Source: an uncultured Clostridia bacterium (GTDB lineage: Bacteria; Bacillota; Clostridia; Christensenellales; UBA1242). From it: DNA of 64,000 nucleotides. The notes under the pieces were generated by a model, which ran no database searches, had not been told where the DNA came from, and worked only from the letters and a program-made list of their open reading frames with translations. Positions 17,219 to 26,639 of this stretch are shown piece by piece; within the stretch, counting starts at the first letter, position 1, and each line of letters opens with the position of its first letter. The DNA is taken from assembly GCA_947591785.1 (NCBI GenBank), contig CANQDK010000002.1, positions 2,510 through 66,509 of the forward strand. Reading direction: 5' to 3'. Both the position numbers and the translations under genes were made by a program.

Positions 17219-17351
17219 ATGATTTGTCAGTTTAATGTCATAACGGACAATATTAAATGAAAATCTTGCAATTTTCAAAAAATATCAATTAAATAAGTTT
17301 GTTATTAGTCAACTTTGACTTTTTTCTCTTTTTCATTCTTTAAAATAAGAA

Positions 17352-17888
17352 TTATTGTTGCACCTTGTGAATTTGCTCAAATGAAAGTTCAACATTATTT
17401 TCTCTGCCAAACATTTCAACAGTCACAGTCACAATTCCAGCTTCTGCATTGACAGCAACAACAGTTCCAATCATCTTGTCCAAAGGCCCTTCAATGATTT
17501 CAACCTTATCGCCAACAGCAATGTCAGTTTCAACCTTAATCTTTTCAAGTCGCATTTTCATCACTTCTTCATCTGTAAGAGCAAGTGGACGCCCTTTTGG
17601 GCCAACAAATCCTGTTATGCCACGTGTGTTTGTGATATTGTGCCACAAATCATCACCATATATCATTTTTACTAAAAGATAGCAAGGCATACTTTTTCTT
17701 GTGACAAGTTTTTTCTTTCCATTTTTTTCTTCAATAACATCTTCTTCTGGAATAATAATATCAAAGATTCTGTCTTGCAAGTTAAACTTTTTCACAACAG
17801 TTTCCAAATTTTCTTTTGCAACGTTTTCATAGCCAGAAAAAGTGTGAAGAACATACCATTTTGGTTCGCTTGAATAGATGTATTCCAT
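17352..17888 (-). CDS. nusG: Transcription elongation factor NusG
   Basis: WYVLHTFSGYE, TRGITGFVG and the KOW domain GDKVEIIEGP...VEMFGRE. Confidence 0.97.
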   Translation of the reverse strand: MEYIYSSEPKWYVLHTFSGYENVAKENLETVVKKFNLQDRIFDIIIPEEDVIEEKNGKKKLVTRKSMPCYLLVKMIYGDDLWHNITNTRGITGFVGPKGRPLALTDEEVMKMRLEKIKVETDIAVGDKVEIIEGPLDKMIGTVVAVNAEAGIVTVTVEMFGRENNVELSFEQIHKVQQ

Positions 17889-17926
17889 AAATAAAACTCC
17901 TTAAATTCCTTTTGCTGATTTTATAA

Positions 17927-18298
17927 TCAAACAATCAAAAGTCCTACCAAATAAGCAAGAAGGGTGTTTACCCCGAACAAGAAAAGTCCAAAAATGATAA
18001 CAAAAGCAATAACAATGCCTGTTTTTTTGACAACTTCACCAAAAGTTGGCCAAGTCACTTTTTTAAGTTCAGACATGGTTTCTTTAGTCTTTTTCACAAG
18101 ACCGCCTTTATTTTCTTTTTTGTTTTTCTTGTCTTTTTTGTCTTTTTTCTTATCGCTAACCTTTTTGTCTTTAGTATCTTTTTTAGAATCCTTTTGCTTT
18201 GAATCAGTGTCTTTAACAATTCCTTGAGAAATTTGATCTTTTGTCAAATCTTCTTTTTCATTGAGATTAGCATTAAGTTTTTTTTGTTTCTTAGACAT
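17927..18298 (-). CDS. secE: Preprotein translocase SecE with a long Lys/Asp-rich N-terminal extension
   Basis: SELKKVTWPT motif plus a TM helix, located between rpmG and nusG. Confidence 0.93.
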   Translation of the reverse strand: MSKKQKKLNANLNEKEDLTKDQISQGIVKDTDSKQKDSKKDTKDKKVSDKKKDKKDKKNKKENKGGLVKKTKETMSELKKVTWPTFGEVVKKTGIVIAFVIIFGLFLFGVNTLLAYLVGLLIV

Positions 18299-18318
18299 AC
18301 AAAAACCCCTTTCAAAAC

Positions 18319-18480
18319 TTATTTTGTTTCTTTATGTTTTGTGCGTTTATTACATCTTGGGCAGAATTTATAGATTTCAATTCTTTCAGCATTGGCAGAA
18401 GTGTTTTTCTCAGTTGAATAATTTCTTTCGTGACATTCTGTGCATTCCAAAGTGATAATTTTACGTTTTGGTGCTGCCAT
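18319..18480 (-). CDS. rpmG: 50S ribosomal protein L33 (Zn-binding form)
   Basis: [21 protein letters not shown]...[16 protein letters not shown]; ATG at 18480 with AGGAG RBS. Confidence 0.96.
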   Translation of the reverse strand: MAAPKRKIITLECTECHERNYSTEKNTSANAERIEIYKFCPRCNKRTKHKETK

Positions 18481-18671
18481 AATTTTTCTCCTAACAAAAA
18501 AACTAACACCCGCAAGCGGTAGTGTCACAAATAATATAGCACACAAACAAAAGGTAAGTCAAGAGTTTTCACAAAAAATTTTAATTTGTCTTAAATAAGA
18601 GCATAAAAGCAATAATTAACCTTAAACAATCACAACTTTTTTTGAAAACTTTAAATCTCGCGTGTTAAAAT

Positions 18672-18699
18672 AAAAAAAAGCGAAGAGGAAAATCTTCGC
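18672..18699 (-). terminator. Intrinsic terminator after the HicB-like gene
   Basis: GCGAAGA/TCTTCGC stem followed by U8 on the minus strand. Confidence 0.7.
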
Positions 18700-18712
18700 A
18701 AATTTCAGTATT

Positions 18713-18997
18713 TTATTCTTCCGCTTCTACAACAGCATCAATATACATAACAGTTTCGTTTTTCTTGCATTTTGGTATCAGTTCTTCCAATTTGCTTGGA
18801 CGATTGAAATCCGTTTCATATTTAAGAGCATAAGAAAAATAAACTCTCAACAAATCCTTCGCATAAAGATATGCACGCGAAAGGTTTTTGCCGTCTGTAT
18901 AAATGTTCAAATCTGGAAAAATCACTTGATAAGAGCCGTTCTCTTCATCTTTGACAAAAATTGCTGGATACAAAAATTGATATTCTTTCATAGACAC
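18713..18997 (-). CDS. HicB-like antitoxin-fold protein (no DNA-binding tail, no adjacent hicA)
   Basis: YPAIFVKDEENGSYQVIFPDLNIYTDG...AYLYAKDLL matches the HicB N-terminal pattern YPAIF...Y.V.FPDL..C.T.G....A...A.D.L. Confidence 0.7.
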   Translation of the reverse strand: MSMKEYQFLYPAIFVKDEENGSYQVIFPDLNIYTDGKNLSRAYLYAKDLLRVYFSYALKYETDFNRPSKLEELIPKCKKNETVMYIDAVVEAEE

Positions 18998-19127
18998 TCC
19001 ACATCACATATTCAACACTATTTTATCACAAAGAAAAGAAAATACAAAATAATTTTAAAAAAAATATCGATTTTTCTCGATATTTTTCAATTTTTTACCA
19101 TCAAAAAACTTTTTAAATGGTTTAAAC

Positions 19128-19307
19128 TTATTTTCCTAAAATTCTTGAACTCCAAATTTCTTTTTCCTCGTGAGTCAAAGGTGTTTTAACTTTTTGAATA
19201 TCTTCAATGTTTGCTTCTTTAACTGGGAAGCTTTTTCCAGTAATATTTTCATCTGCTGTAAAAATTGTAACTCGATTTCTATAAATCTCACCAATTGTAA
19301 CTTTCAT
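19128..19307 (-). CDS. Small protein of unknown function, 59 aa (below the ORF-track cutoff)
   Basis: MKVTIGEIYRNRVTIFTADENITGKSFPVKEANIEDIQKVKTPLTHEEKEIWSSRILGK*; GGAGGTG RBS and a TTTACA-17-TATGAT promoter upstream. Confidence 0.7.
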   Translation of the reverse strand: MKVTIGEIYRNRVTIFTADENITGKSFPVKEANIEDIQKVKTPLTHEEKEIWSSRILGK

Positions 19308-19484
19308 AATAACACCTCCGTGTGTTTAGTTGTTTTAACTGTCCATATCATAACACAATTTTTTAAATTTGTAAAGACCTTTTTAAAAATTTTTTATTTT
19401 TTTCAAATATTTTTTCGCTCAATATTATAAGCCATCTAGCACCTTATTAATATATATAAATAAGTATCCTAAACAACTTACTCA

Positions 19485-19528
19485 TTGATTGGTTGGTTTT
19501 ATCAACTTGATTGATTAGTTTCATCAAC
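19485..19528. repeat. Two tandem imperfect 22-bp repeats
   Basis: TTGATTGGTTGGTTTTATCAAC / TTGATTGATTAGTTTCATCAAC (19 of 22 identical). Confidence 0.7.
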
Positions 19529-19635
19529 TGTAACCGGTTCTGCGTGACTGTCAGCTTTGGACTATTGATTGAGATTTAAAAATGATTGAGATATTTTAAA
19601 AAAAGCATTAGCATACAAGTAGTCAGGATTTCTCT

Positions 19636-21480
19636 TTACATTTTTTCAACACTGTCAATACCAAGTGTCCACAGTGCCTTTTCAAGACAACTTTTAACCA
19701 ACATACAAATTGCAAGCATTTCTTTTCTTCTCTTCTCGTCTTTCTCTGACAATATTTTGTAATTATTATAGAAAGTTGAAAATGCACTTGCCAGTTCAAA
19801 TGTGGCAAGACAAAGACTATTGAGAGAATAGGAATCATACGAGATTTGATAAGCAGAATTGAGTTTTAAAATTGCAAGAGCAATATTCTTTTCTTCATTT
19901 GTCTTAATATCAACCATAAAATCCTTAGATCTTGTTGTTTCACAGCCTGCTTTAAGCAAAATAGAGTTGATTCGTGCAATAGTATATTGAATATAAGGGC
20001 CTGTTTTTCCATCAAATGACAGGAATTTTTCAATATCAAAAACATAATCCTTTTCAATAGTGTTTGATAAATCACCAAATTTCATTGCACCGACACCGAT
20101 TTTTCGTGCAAGTTCTTCATCTCCCTTTATCCCATTTGCTGCAAGTTTTTCGCTTGCTTTGTCGATAAGAAGTCCAACAACATCTTTAAGACGAACAACT
20201 TCACCTGAACGAGTCTTAAATGGTTTTCCATCTTTTCCATTCATTGTTCCAAAACTGATATGAATCAATTTCTGTTTTTCTGGAGAAATTCCTGCAAGCT
20301 TACAGCACCTAAAAACTTGCTCAAAATGAGTTTCTTGTCTTTTATCCGTCACATAGACAATTTCATCGGGAACATCTTTTTCATTTCTCATAACAACAGT
20401 TGCAATATCTGTTGTCGCATAAAGATCACCTCCATTATATTTTTTTATTATTGCTGGTGGCATTGGGTTTTTGTAACGCTGTGGCTCATCTTCACTTTTC
20501 TTTGCGATTGGAATATGCTCTCCCTCTCTCGCAACATCAACAACAAGAGCCCCCTCACTTTCGCGTGCAAGTTTCTTTTCAACAAAAATATTTATTGTGT
20601 CATCAATATATGATTGTGCATCACTTTCACCAAAAGTATAATCAAACTCACAATTCAAAAGTTTGTAATTTTTTAAAATCTCCAAAACTGAAAGTTGACG
20701 AATTTTTTGATAAATTGTGTAATAAGGTTCAACTTTTCTTTGAATTAACAATGTGACTTCATCAGCAAGTTTCTTAAAATTTTCATCAATATCTTTTTTC
20801 TTTGAAGCCTTTGGATATTCATCATTTAAAACATCTAAAGTAACATTTTTAAGTGAAATTTTTGAAAAATCGATGTTTTTTTCACAATTTTTTGCATTTT
20901 TTTCACATTTTTTTTGCGTTTTTTCATTTTTTTCAAAAAATTCATTCAAAAAACCATCTTCTTTAAGTTGCAAAACTGTCAGCCCCATTTGGAGTCCATA
21001 ATCACCCAAATGCATATCAGAAAGCACCCTATCACCTCTGACAAGATGCACTCTCTTTAAAGCTTCTCCAACAATTGGAGAACGCAAATGGCCAACGTGA
21101 AGTTCTTTTGCAACATTTGCACCGCCATAATCAAAGAAAACCAACCTCGGATTTTTAACTTGCTCTATACCCAAGTTTTTATCATTTGAAATTTCATTGC
21201 AATAATCGGAGAGTTTTTTATTTGTAACTTTCACATTTATAAAACCTGGTTTTACTGCCAAAAATTCAAAATTTTCATTTTTTTTGATGTTTTTTACAAT
21301 TTTTTCAGCCAAATTTAATGGATTTTCATTTAAACGCTTTGCACACATCATTGCGAAATTACATTGATATTCACAAAGTTCTGGCCTGTTTGAGAATGCA
21401 ACAGAAAGTCCATCTGTATCAATTTTCAAACTTTTCACCGCTTCTGAAATAAGTTTTGAAATTTCCTCTTTTATGTTCAT
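19636..21480 (-). CDS. argS: Arginine--tRNA ligase
   Basis: NVAKELHVGHLRS (HIGH-like), GDYGLQMG, FKTRSG and TGPYIQYTIARINSIL. Confidence 0.96.
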   Translation of the reverse strand: MNIKEEISKLISEAVKSLKIDTDGLSVAFSNRPELCEYQCNFAMMCAKRLNENPLNLAEKIVKNIKKNENFEFLAVKPGFINVKVTNKKLSDYCNEISNDKNLGIEQVKNPRLVFFDYGGANVAKELHVGHLRSPIVGEALKRVHLVRGDRVLSDMHLGDYGLQMGLTVLQLKEDGFLNEFFEKNEKTQKKCEKNAKNCEKNIDFSKISLKNVTLDVLNDEYPKASKKKDIDENFKKLADEVTLLIQRKVEPYYTIYQKIRQLSVLEILKNYKLLNCEFDYTFGESDAQSYIDDTINIFVEKKLARESEGALVVDVAREGEHIPIAKKSEDEPQRYKNPMPPAIIKKYNGGDLYATTDIATVVMRNEKDVPDEIVYVTDKRQETHFEQVFRCCKLAGISPEKQKLIHISFGTMNGKDGKPFKTRSGEVVRLKDVVGLLIDKASEKLAANGIKGDEELARKIGVGAMKFGDLSNTIEKDYVFDIEKFLSFDGKTGPYIQYTIARINSILLKAGCETTRSKDFMVDIKTNEEKNIALAILKLNSAYQISYDSYSLNSLCLATFELASAFSTFYNNYKILSEKDEKRRKEMLAICMLVKSCLEKALWTLGIDSVEKM

Positions 21481-21590
21481 AAATCATCTCCAAGTATTTC
21501 TTTTTTATAAACTGAGTTTATCATAAAAAAAAATAAAAAGCAAATTTTTCGTGCTTTTTGATTAATAAAATAAAAACGCACAATAGTGCG

Positions 21591-22184
21591 TTAAATTTCT
21601 TGTCGGCTTTTCAACGCCTTCTCCAATGTTACTTCATCAGCAAATTCAATGTCGCTGCCAATTGAAATCCCTTGTGCAAGTCTTGTCACCTTGACGCCCA
21701 ACGGCTTCAACAATTTTGCAATATACATTGCTGTTGCTTCTCCCTCAACATCTGGATTAGTCGCCATAATAACTTCTTTAACATTGTTTTTTTGAACACG
21801 AGAAAGCAATTCTTTTATTTTTATATCATTTGGCCCTTTGTTTTCAAGCGGATTTATACAACCAAATAAAACATGATAGACACCATCATAACTCTTCACT
21901 TTTTCCATTGAAACAATATCTTTTGGTTCTTGAACAACACAAATAAGTTGATTATTCCTTTTTTCACAAATCTTACACAAGTCGTTTGTGCTGTAATTTC
22001 CACATTCTCGACACAATTTAACCTTGTTTTTCACTTCTAAGATTGCATTTGCAAAATTTTCAGCTTTCTCCTTGCTGTTTTCAATAATGAAAAAGGCATA
22101 GCGTTGTGCTGTTTTATAGCCCACCCCAGGAAGTGCTTTAAAATATTCTATCAACTTTTCAATTGGTTCTTCAAAATCATTCAT
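21591..22184 (-). CDS. recR: Recombination mediator RecR
   Basis: LPGVGYKTAQR, a C4 Zn finger, and Toprim EVIMATNPDVEGEATA. Confidence 0.97.
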   Translation of the reverse strand: MNDFEEPIEKLIEYFKALPGVGYKTAQRYAFFIIENSKEKAENFANAILEVKNKVKLCRECGNYSTNDLCKICEKRNNQLICVVQEPKDIVSMEKVKSYDGVYHVLFGCINPLENKGPNDIKIKELLSRVQKNNVKEVIMATNPDVEGEATAMYIAKLLKPLGVKVTRLAQGISIGSDIEFADEVTLEKALKSRQEI

Positions 22185-22187
22185 CTA

Positions 22188-22505
22188 TCATATTCCCAAA
22201 TTTGGAAGTCTTCTTTGTTCATCTTCTGCAATTTTTTTCATACAATCATTGAAAGCACTGACAACCAAATCTTCCAACATTTCAACGTCATCAGGGTCAA
22301 CAACTTCTTTTTTTATGTGGACAGCTTTAACTGTCTTATTTCCAAGGCAAGTCACTTCCACCATTCCACCGCCAACTGTTGATTTATATTCTGTTGCGTC
22401 AATTTCTTCTCGAATTCTCTTCATATCCTCTTGCATCTTTTGTGCTTGACGCATAAGAGCTTGCATATTTTGTCCACCAAAGCCACCGCCAAATCCGTAT
22501 CCCAT
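22188..22505 (-). CDS. ybaB: YbaB/EbfC nucleoid-associated protein
   Basis: MRQAQKMQ...GGGMVEV...VDPDDVEMLEDLV; lies between dnaX and recR. Confidence 0.95.
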   Translation of the reverse strand: MGYGFGGGFGGQNMQALMRQAQKMQEDMKRIREEIDATEYKSTVGGGMVEVTCLGNKTVKAVHIKKEVVDPDDVEMLEDLVVSAFNDCMKKIAEDEQRRLPNLGI

Positions 22506-22554
22506 TTTTATTCTCCTTTTTATATGTTTTAGTTTTTATTATTAATCTTGAATC

Positions 22555-22887
22555 TTATTCAATCTCGACTGTTGTAAAGAAATTTTTAATTTTTTTTATG
22601 TCTTTTTCAATTTTCTGCTCTGCACTTTCAAATTTAACAACCTTAAAAGTAAGGTCAAGTCCTTGCCATCTAAGTGCAGACTCAATATCCCTTTTCCCAT
22701 TTTCCAAAACATCAACCAAAAAAGCATCGCTTGTTCTTATAATAAGTTCACCGCCCTCAATTTGAGCATTTGTAATGTCACCGCAAGCAACATGCAATGC
22801 AACCTTGTGATGTTCTTTCAAATACAAAACAACCTTTCCCCAAACATTATTTGCTGACAATTTCGACTTGTCAACCTCAATTTTCAG
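22555..22887 (-). CDS. dnaX: DnaX (tau) C-terminal part, reached by -1 slippage at an A9 run
   Basis: The frame is open from CTG at 22887, directly after A9 (LKIEVDKSKLSANNVWGKVV...). It has no SD of its own and sits in the dnaX-ybaB-recR synteny. Confidence 0.75.
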   Translation of the reverse strand: MKIEVDKSKLSANNVWGKVVLYLKEHHKVALHVACGDITNAQIEGGELIIRTSDAFLVDVLENGKRDIESALRWQGLDLTFKVVKFESAEQKIEKDIKKIKNFFTTVEIE

Positions 22888-23987
22888 TTTTTTTTTGCAT
22901 CAAAACCAAGAATGGCATTCAAACAAGTTGTTTCAAGAAGCAATCTTACTGAAAGTGTGTAGCGAAGTTCACTTTCCGCACTTGAAAAGACTTGCATATA
23001 TCTAATCAAATCTTTCTCATTAAATTTCTCTGCTTGTGACGAAAATTTTTCAAAAACATCATCTGTTAAATTTAAGATTTCATTTGCGTTTTTGCAACTT
23101 TTACAAACAAGCAAATCTCTTGCATGACGCGAAAGGTCTTTTGCAAAAACAGCCAGATTTTTTCCTTCCTTTTCTATCTTATCAATATAGGACAAAACCT
23201 CACCAAGTTCTTTATCATATATTTTATCAAAAAATTCAAGCGTCAAATTTATGTCAGTTGTGCCTAAAACCTGCAATGTTTTTTCTTTTGTGATTTGCCC
23301 TTGCGAATATGCCGAAATACTGTCTGCGATTGAAAGAGTGTCACGCACACTTCCCTCACCAGCATTTGCAATGATTTTTAAACTGTCTGCATCATAGGTT
23401 ATGTTTTCTTTATCAAAAACCTTTGCAAGATGTTTTGAGAGTTCGTCAACACTGACAAGTCTAAAATCAAACCTAACACATCTTGAAAGTATTGTTTGTG
23501 GAAGTTTATGAACTTCAGTCGTTGCGAGAATGAATATAATATATGGTGGTGGTTCTTCCAAAGTTTTCAAAAGAGCATTAAAAGCACTGTCAGAAAGCAT
23601 ATGCACTTCATCAACAATATACACTTTATACTTTGCACCAACAGGCATAAATTTCACTTTTTCACGAATTTGTCTAATGTCATCAACTTTGTTATTACTT
23701 GCTGCATCAATTTCAATAATGTTTATATCATTTTCTTGTTCAAGTCTTTTACAATTTTCACACTCTCCACACGCAGAACCATTAACTGGCGACAGGCAAT
23801 TCACCGCCCTTGCAAATATTTTCGCAACACTTGTTTTTCCAGTCCCTCTTGTTCCTGTAAAAAGATAGGCATGCCCAACTTGGTCGTTCATAATTTGATT
23901 TTGCAAAGTCTTAGTGATATGGTCTTGCCCAATCACTTCATCAAATGTTTTTGGTCTATATTTCCTATACAATGCAATATGATTCAT
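22884..23987 (-). CDS. dnaX: DNA polymerase III gamma/tau (gamma-length zero-frame ORF)
   Basis: LYRKYRP, GTRGTGKT, CGECENC, IDAASN, DEVHML and SRC motifs; ends GCA AAA AAA AAC TGA. Confidence 0.96.
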   Translation of the reverse strand: MNHIALYRKYRPKTFDEVIGQDHITKTLQNQIMNDQVGHAYLFTGTRGTGKTSVAKIFARAVNCLSPVNGSACGECENCKRLEQENDINIIEIDAASNNKVDDIRQIREKVKFMPVGAKYKVYIVDEVHMLSDSAFNALLKTLEEPPPYIIFILATTEVHKLPQTILSRCVRFDFRLVSVDELSKHLAKVFDKENITYDADSLKIIANAGEGSVRDTLSIADSISAYSQGQITKEKTLQVLGTTDINLTLEFFDKIYDKELGEVLSYIDKIEKEGKNLAVFAKDLSRHARDLLVCKSCKNANEILNLTDDVFEKFSSQAEKFNEKDLIRYMQVFSSAESELRYTLSVRLLLETTCLNAILGFDAKKN

Positions 23988-24051
23988 TCTTGTCCCTTTA
24001 ACTTTTCACATAAGTAAAAAGATTTTTTCTGCATGAAATTAAATGTAAATA

Positions 24052-24816
24052 TTAATAGTTCTCTCTTGCAATAACTGAAAAGGCATCGACATCTAAACTT
24101 GTGGCACCAATAAGAACACCATCGATGCTTTCGTTTGAAAGAATCTTTTTATAATTGTTCAATCCAACACTTCCGCCATAAACAACAGTGATTTTTTTAG
24201 ATGCTTTCGTAGAAAATTGGATTTCAATTTCTTTCCTTATAACTTCAACCATCTTTGAAATATCTTTGTTTGTTATGCCCTTATTTGCACTTGACTTGTT
24301 TGTGCTTATTGCCCAAACAGGTTCGTATGCAATGATAACGCTTTCAAGTTCGTTTTCATAAATCCCTTTCAAATCATCGTCAATTTGCTTTCGTATGAAA
24401 TTTTGAGTTTGTTTACTTTCTCTCGTTTGCAAACTTTCGCCAACACACAAAATAACTTTCAACCCATTGGCAAGTGCTGTTTTTATTTTCTTGTTGATTG
24501 TCTTGTCTGTTTCCTTAAATTTGTTTCTGACATCACTATGTCCAACGATAACATACTCTGCACCAAGGTCTTTTACCATTTTTGCACTCACTTCTCCAGT
24601 AAAAGAACCACTCTCTTCCGCAGACATATTTTGAGCACCATAAGCAACTTTGCTTGAACTTAAAAATTCTTGTGCAACTCCCAAATGCGTGTATGGTGGG
24701 CAAACTATAATGCTGTTTTTTGAACCTTTCGCCTTGGTTGCGATTGTCATAGCATAATTTTTGAACTCGCTTGGAGTTGTGTTCATTTTGAGATTTGCAA
24801 TAATAAGTTTTTTCAT
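24052..24816 (-). CDS. tpiA: Triosephosphate isomerase (divergent motifs)
   Basis: NLKMN, FTGEVS, GHS, AYEPVWAI and YGGSV; downstream of pgk. Confidence 0.9.
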   Translation of the reverse strand: MKKLIIANLKMNTTPSEFKNYAMTIATKAKGSKNSIIVCPPYTHLGVAQEFLSSSKVAYGAQNMSAEESGSFTGEVSAKMVKDLGAEYVIVGHSDVRNKFKETDKTINKKIKTALANGLKVILCVGESLQTRESKQTQNFIRKQIDDDLKGIYENELESVIIAYEPVWAISTNKSSANKGITNKDISKMVEVIRKEIEIQFSTKASKKITVVYGGSVGLNNYKKILSNESIDGVLIGATSLDVDAFSVIARENY

Positions 24817-24852
24817 AATGCTCTCCTTTAATTGTTATTATATTTTTATATT

Positions 24853-26022
24853 TCAAATTGAATCAATAACTTCAACTGCTGGCAAAATTTTTCCTTCCAT
24901 AAGTTTCAAACTCGCTCCACCCCCAGTTGAAAGATGATTTATTCTGTCAGCAACTCCTGCTTCTTGAACAGCACTAACACTGTCTCCACCACCTACAATA
25001 GAATATGCTCCACTGTTTGCAACTGCCTTTGCAACTTTTTCTGTCCCTTTTCTAAATCTCTTATCTTCATATTTTCCAAGTGGTCCATTCCAAATGATTT
25101 GTTTTGCTTTAAGAATTTCACTTTGGAACATCTTTGTTGTTTTTGGTCCAATATCAAAACCAACAAACTCGCCCTCTATTTCTGGCTGTCTTACAGTCTT
25201 GACTTTCCCATTACATTCTGCAATATGGTCAACAGGAAGCAAAACCTTTATTCCTTTTTCTTTTGCTTTTTCTAGTATAGTTTTTGCATCATTGACAAGT
25301 TCATGCGAACAAATGCTGTTTCCAACACTCACACCCTCTGCCTGCAAGAATGTGTATGCCATTCCGCCTCCAATAAGAATAACATCTGCCATTCCTAAAA
25401 CATTGCTTATAAGATTCAGTTTGTCATCAACTTTTGCTCCACCAAAAATTGCAACAAACGGATGAGCAGGATTTTTGAATGCCTTATCAAAAACTTCCAA
25501 TTCTTTTTCAATCAAAAAGCCCATAGCATTTGGCTTTTTAAGAGCAACCCCATAGTTTGATGCTTGTTTTCTGTGAGCAACTCCAAAAGCATCGTCAACA
25601 TAAATGTCGCATATTTTGCAAAGTTCTTTGACAAAAGTAGGGCTATTTTCTTCTTCACCCTTGACAAATCTTAAGTTTTCAAGCATTAAAATTTCGCCAT
25701 CTCTAAGTTTTGAAATGGCAAGGTCAACCTCAGGTCCAAAAACTTTACTGCAAAACTTGACTTTATTTGGAAAACTTTTCATAAGATAAACTGCAACAGG
25801 AAACAATGATAGGAATTTGTCATATCCCTTCGGCCTTCCCAAATGCGAACAAACAATAAGTTTTGCACCTTTTTCAACCAAATATTTTATTGTTGGCAAG
25901 GCGGCATCAATTCTGTTAGCATTTTGAATGTCACCCCAATTGTCAAGTGGCACATTAAAGTCACAACGAAGCAGCACTCGTTTTCCTTTAATATCATTCA
26001 ACTCTCTTATTGTTCTTTTCAT
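24853..26022 (-). CDS. pgk: Phosphoglycerate kinase
   Basis: RCDFNVPL, SHLGRP, LENLRF, GGAKV, WNGPLG, GGGDS and HLSTGGGASL. The start may be 26022 or 26028. Confidence 0.96.
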   Translation of the reverse strand: MKRTIRELNDIKGKRVLLRCDFNVPLDNWGDIQNANRIDAALPTIKYLVEKGAKLIVCSHLGRPKGYDKFLSLFPVAVYLMKSFPNKVKFCSKVFGPEVDLAISKLRDGEILMLENLRFVKGEEENSPTFVKELCKICDIYVDDAFGVAHRKQASNYGVALKKPNAMGFLIEKELEVFDKAFKNPAHPFVAIFGGAKVDDKLNLISNVLGMADVILIGGGMAYTFLQAEGVSVGNSICSHELVNDAKTILEKAKEKGIKVLLPVDHIAECNGKVKTVRQPEIEGEFVGFDIGPKTTKMFQSEILKAKQIIWNGPLGKYEDKRFRKGTEKVAKAVANSGAYSIVGGGDSVSAVQEAGVADRINHLSTGGGASLKLMEGKILPAVEVIDSI

Positions 26023-26115
26023 ACACACCCACTTATTAAGTATATTTTACACCATTAACGAAAAAAAACAAAATGTTTTCAAGCAGTTATCAAAAAAAGA
26101 AAAAATGGCTGAACT

Positions 26116-26556
26116 TTATTTGCCAAAGCCATTTTTTTCGTTATTCTTTTTTATATCAGGGAATTTTAGAATTTCTCCTTGCTGAGAGTTTTGATTTGTT
26201 GGAATATTTTGTGATTTTTCTTCTTTCTTGTCTGGAAGTTTAAAATCTGACAAACTTTCTGAATAGTAAGCTCTATATGTGTCTAAATCTCGTTGTTCAT
26301 TTATGTCAAGATTTTGAATTCTTATATCCACTTTAATCTTGCCATTTGGACAAAGAATATCAATATCCACCTGATAGCCCTGTTGTTTCTCGTATTTTGC
26401 TCTCTTGCTTAAATATTTATCAACAATCACACCAAGTTGTATATCATACATGTCCATAACATACATATCTCTTCTTTGATACGCAGTTGTCATTTTTTTC
26501 TCAATTTTCGCAATTTTTCTGTTAAACTTTCTTTCCAATTTCTTTTCTTTTGTCAT
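26116..26556 (-). CDS. Hypothetical protein, 146 aa
   Basis: ORF with GGGGAG RBS and a TTGACA...TAAAAT promoter; no motif recognised. Confidence 0.7.
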   Translation of the reverse strand: MTKEKKLERKFNRKIAKIEKKMTTAYQRRDMYVMDMYDIQLGVIVDKYLSKRAKYEKQQGYQVDIDILCPNGKIKVDIRIQNLDINEQRDLDTYRAYYSESLSDFKLPDKKEEKSQNIPTNQNSQQGEILKFPDIKKNNEKNGFGK

Positions 26557-26639
26557 TTTATCTCCCCTTTTTATAGGGAAATTTTATCACAAATAACAAT
26601 GCTTGTCAATAGTCATTTTTCAAAATTTTGATGTTAAAT

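Noticed and set aside
18713-19307. Canonical hicAB toxin-antitoxin operon
   Set aside because: The upstream 59-aa ORF lacks HicA motifs (GSH, dsRBD pattern), and the genes are 130 bp apart.
19485-19600. Possible mini-CRISPR array
   Set aside because: The repeats are directly adjacent with no spacers, there are only two copies, and no cas genes are present.
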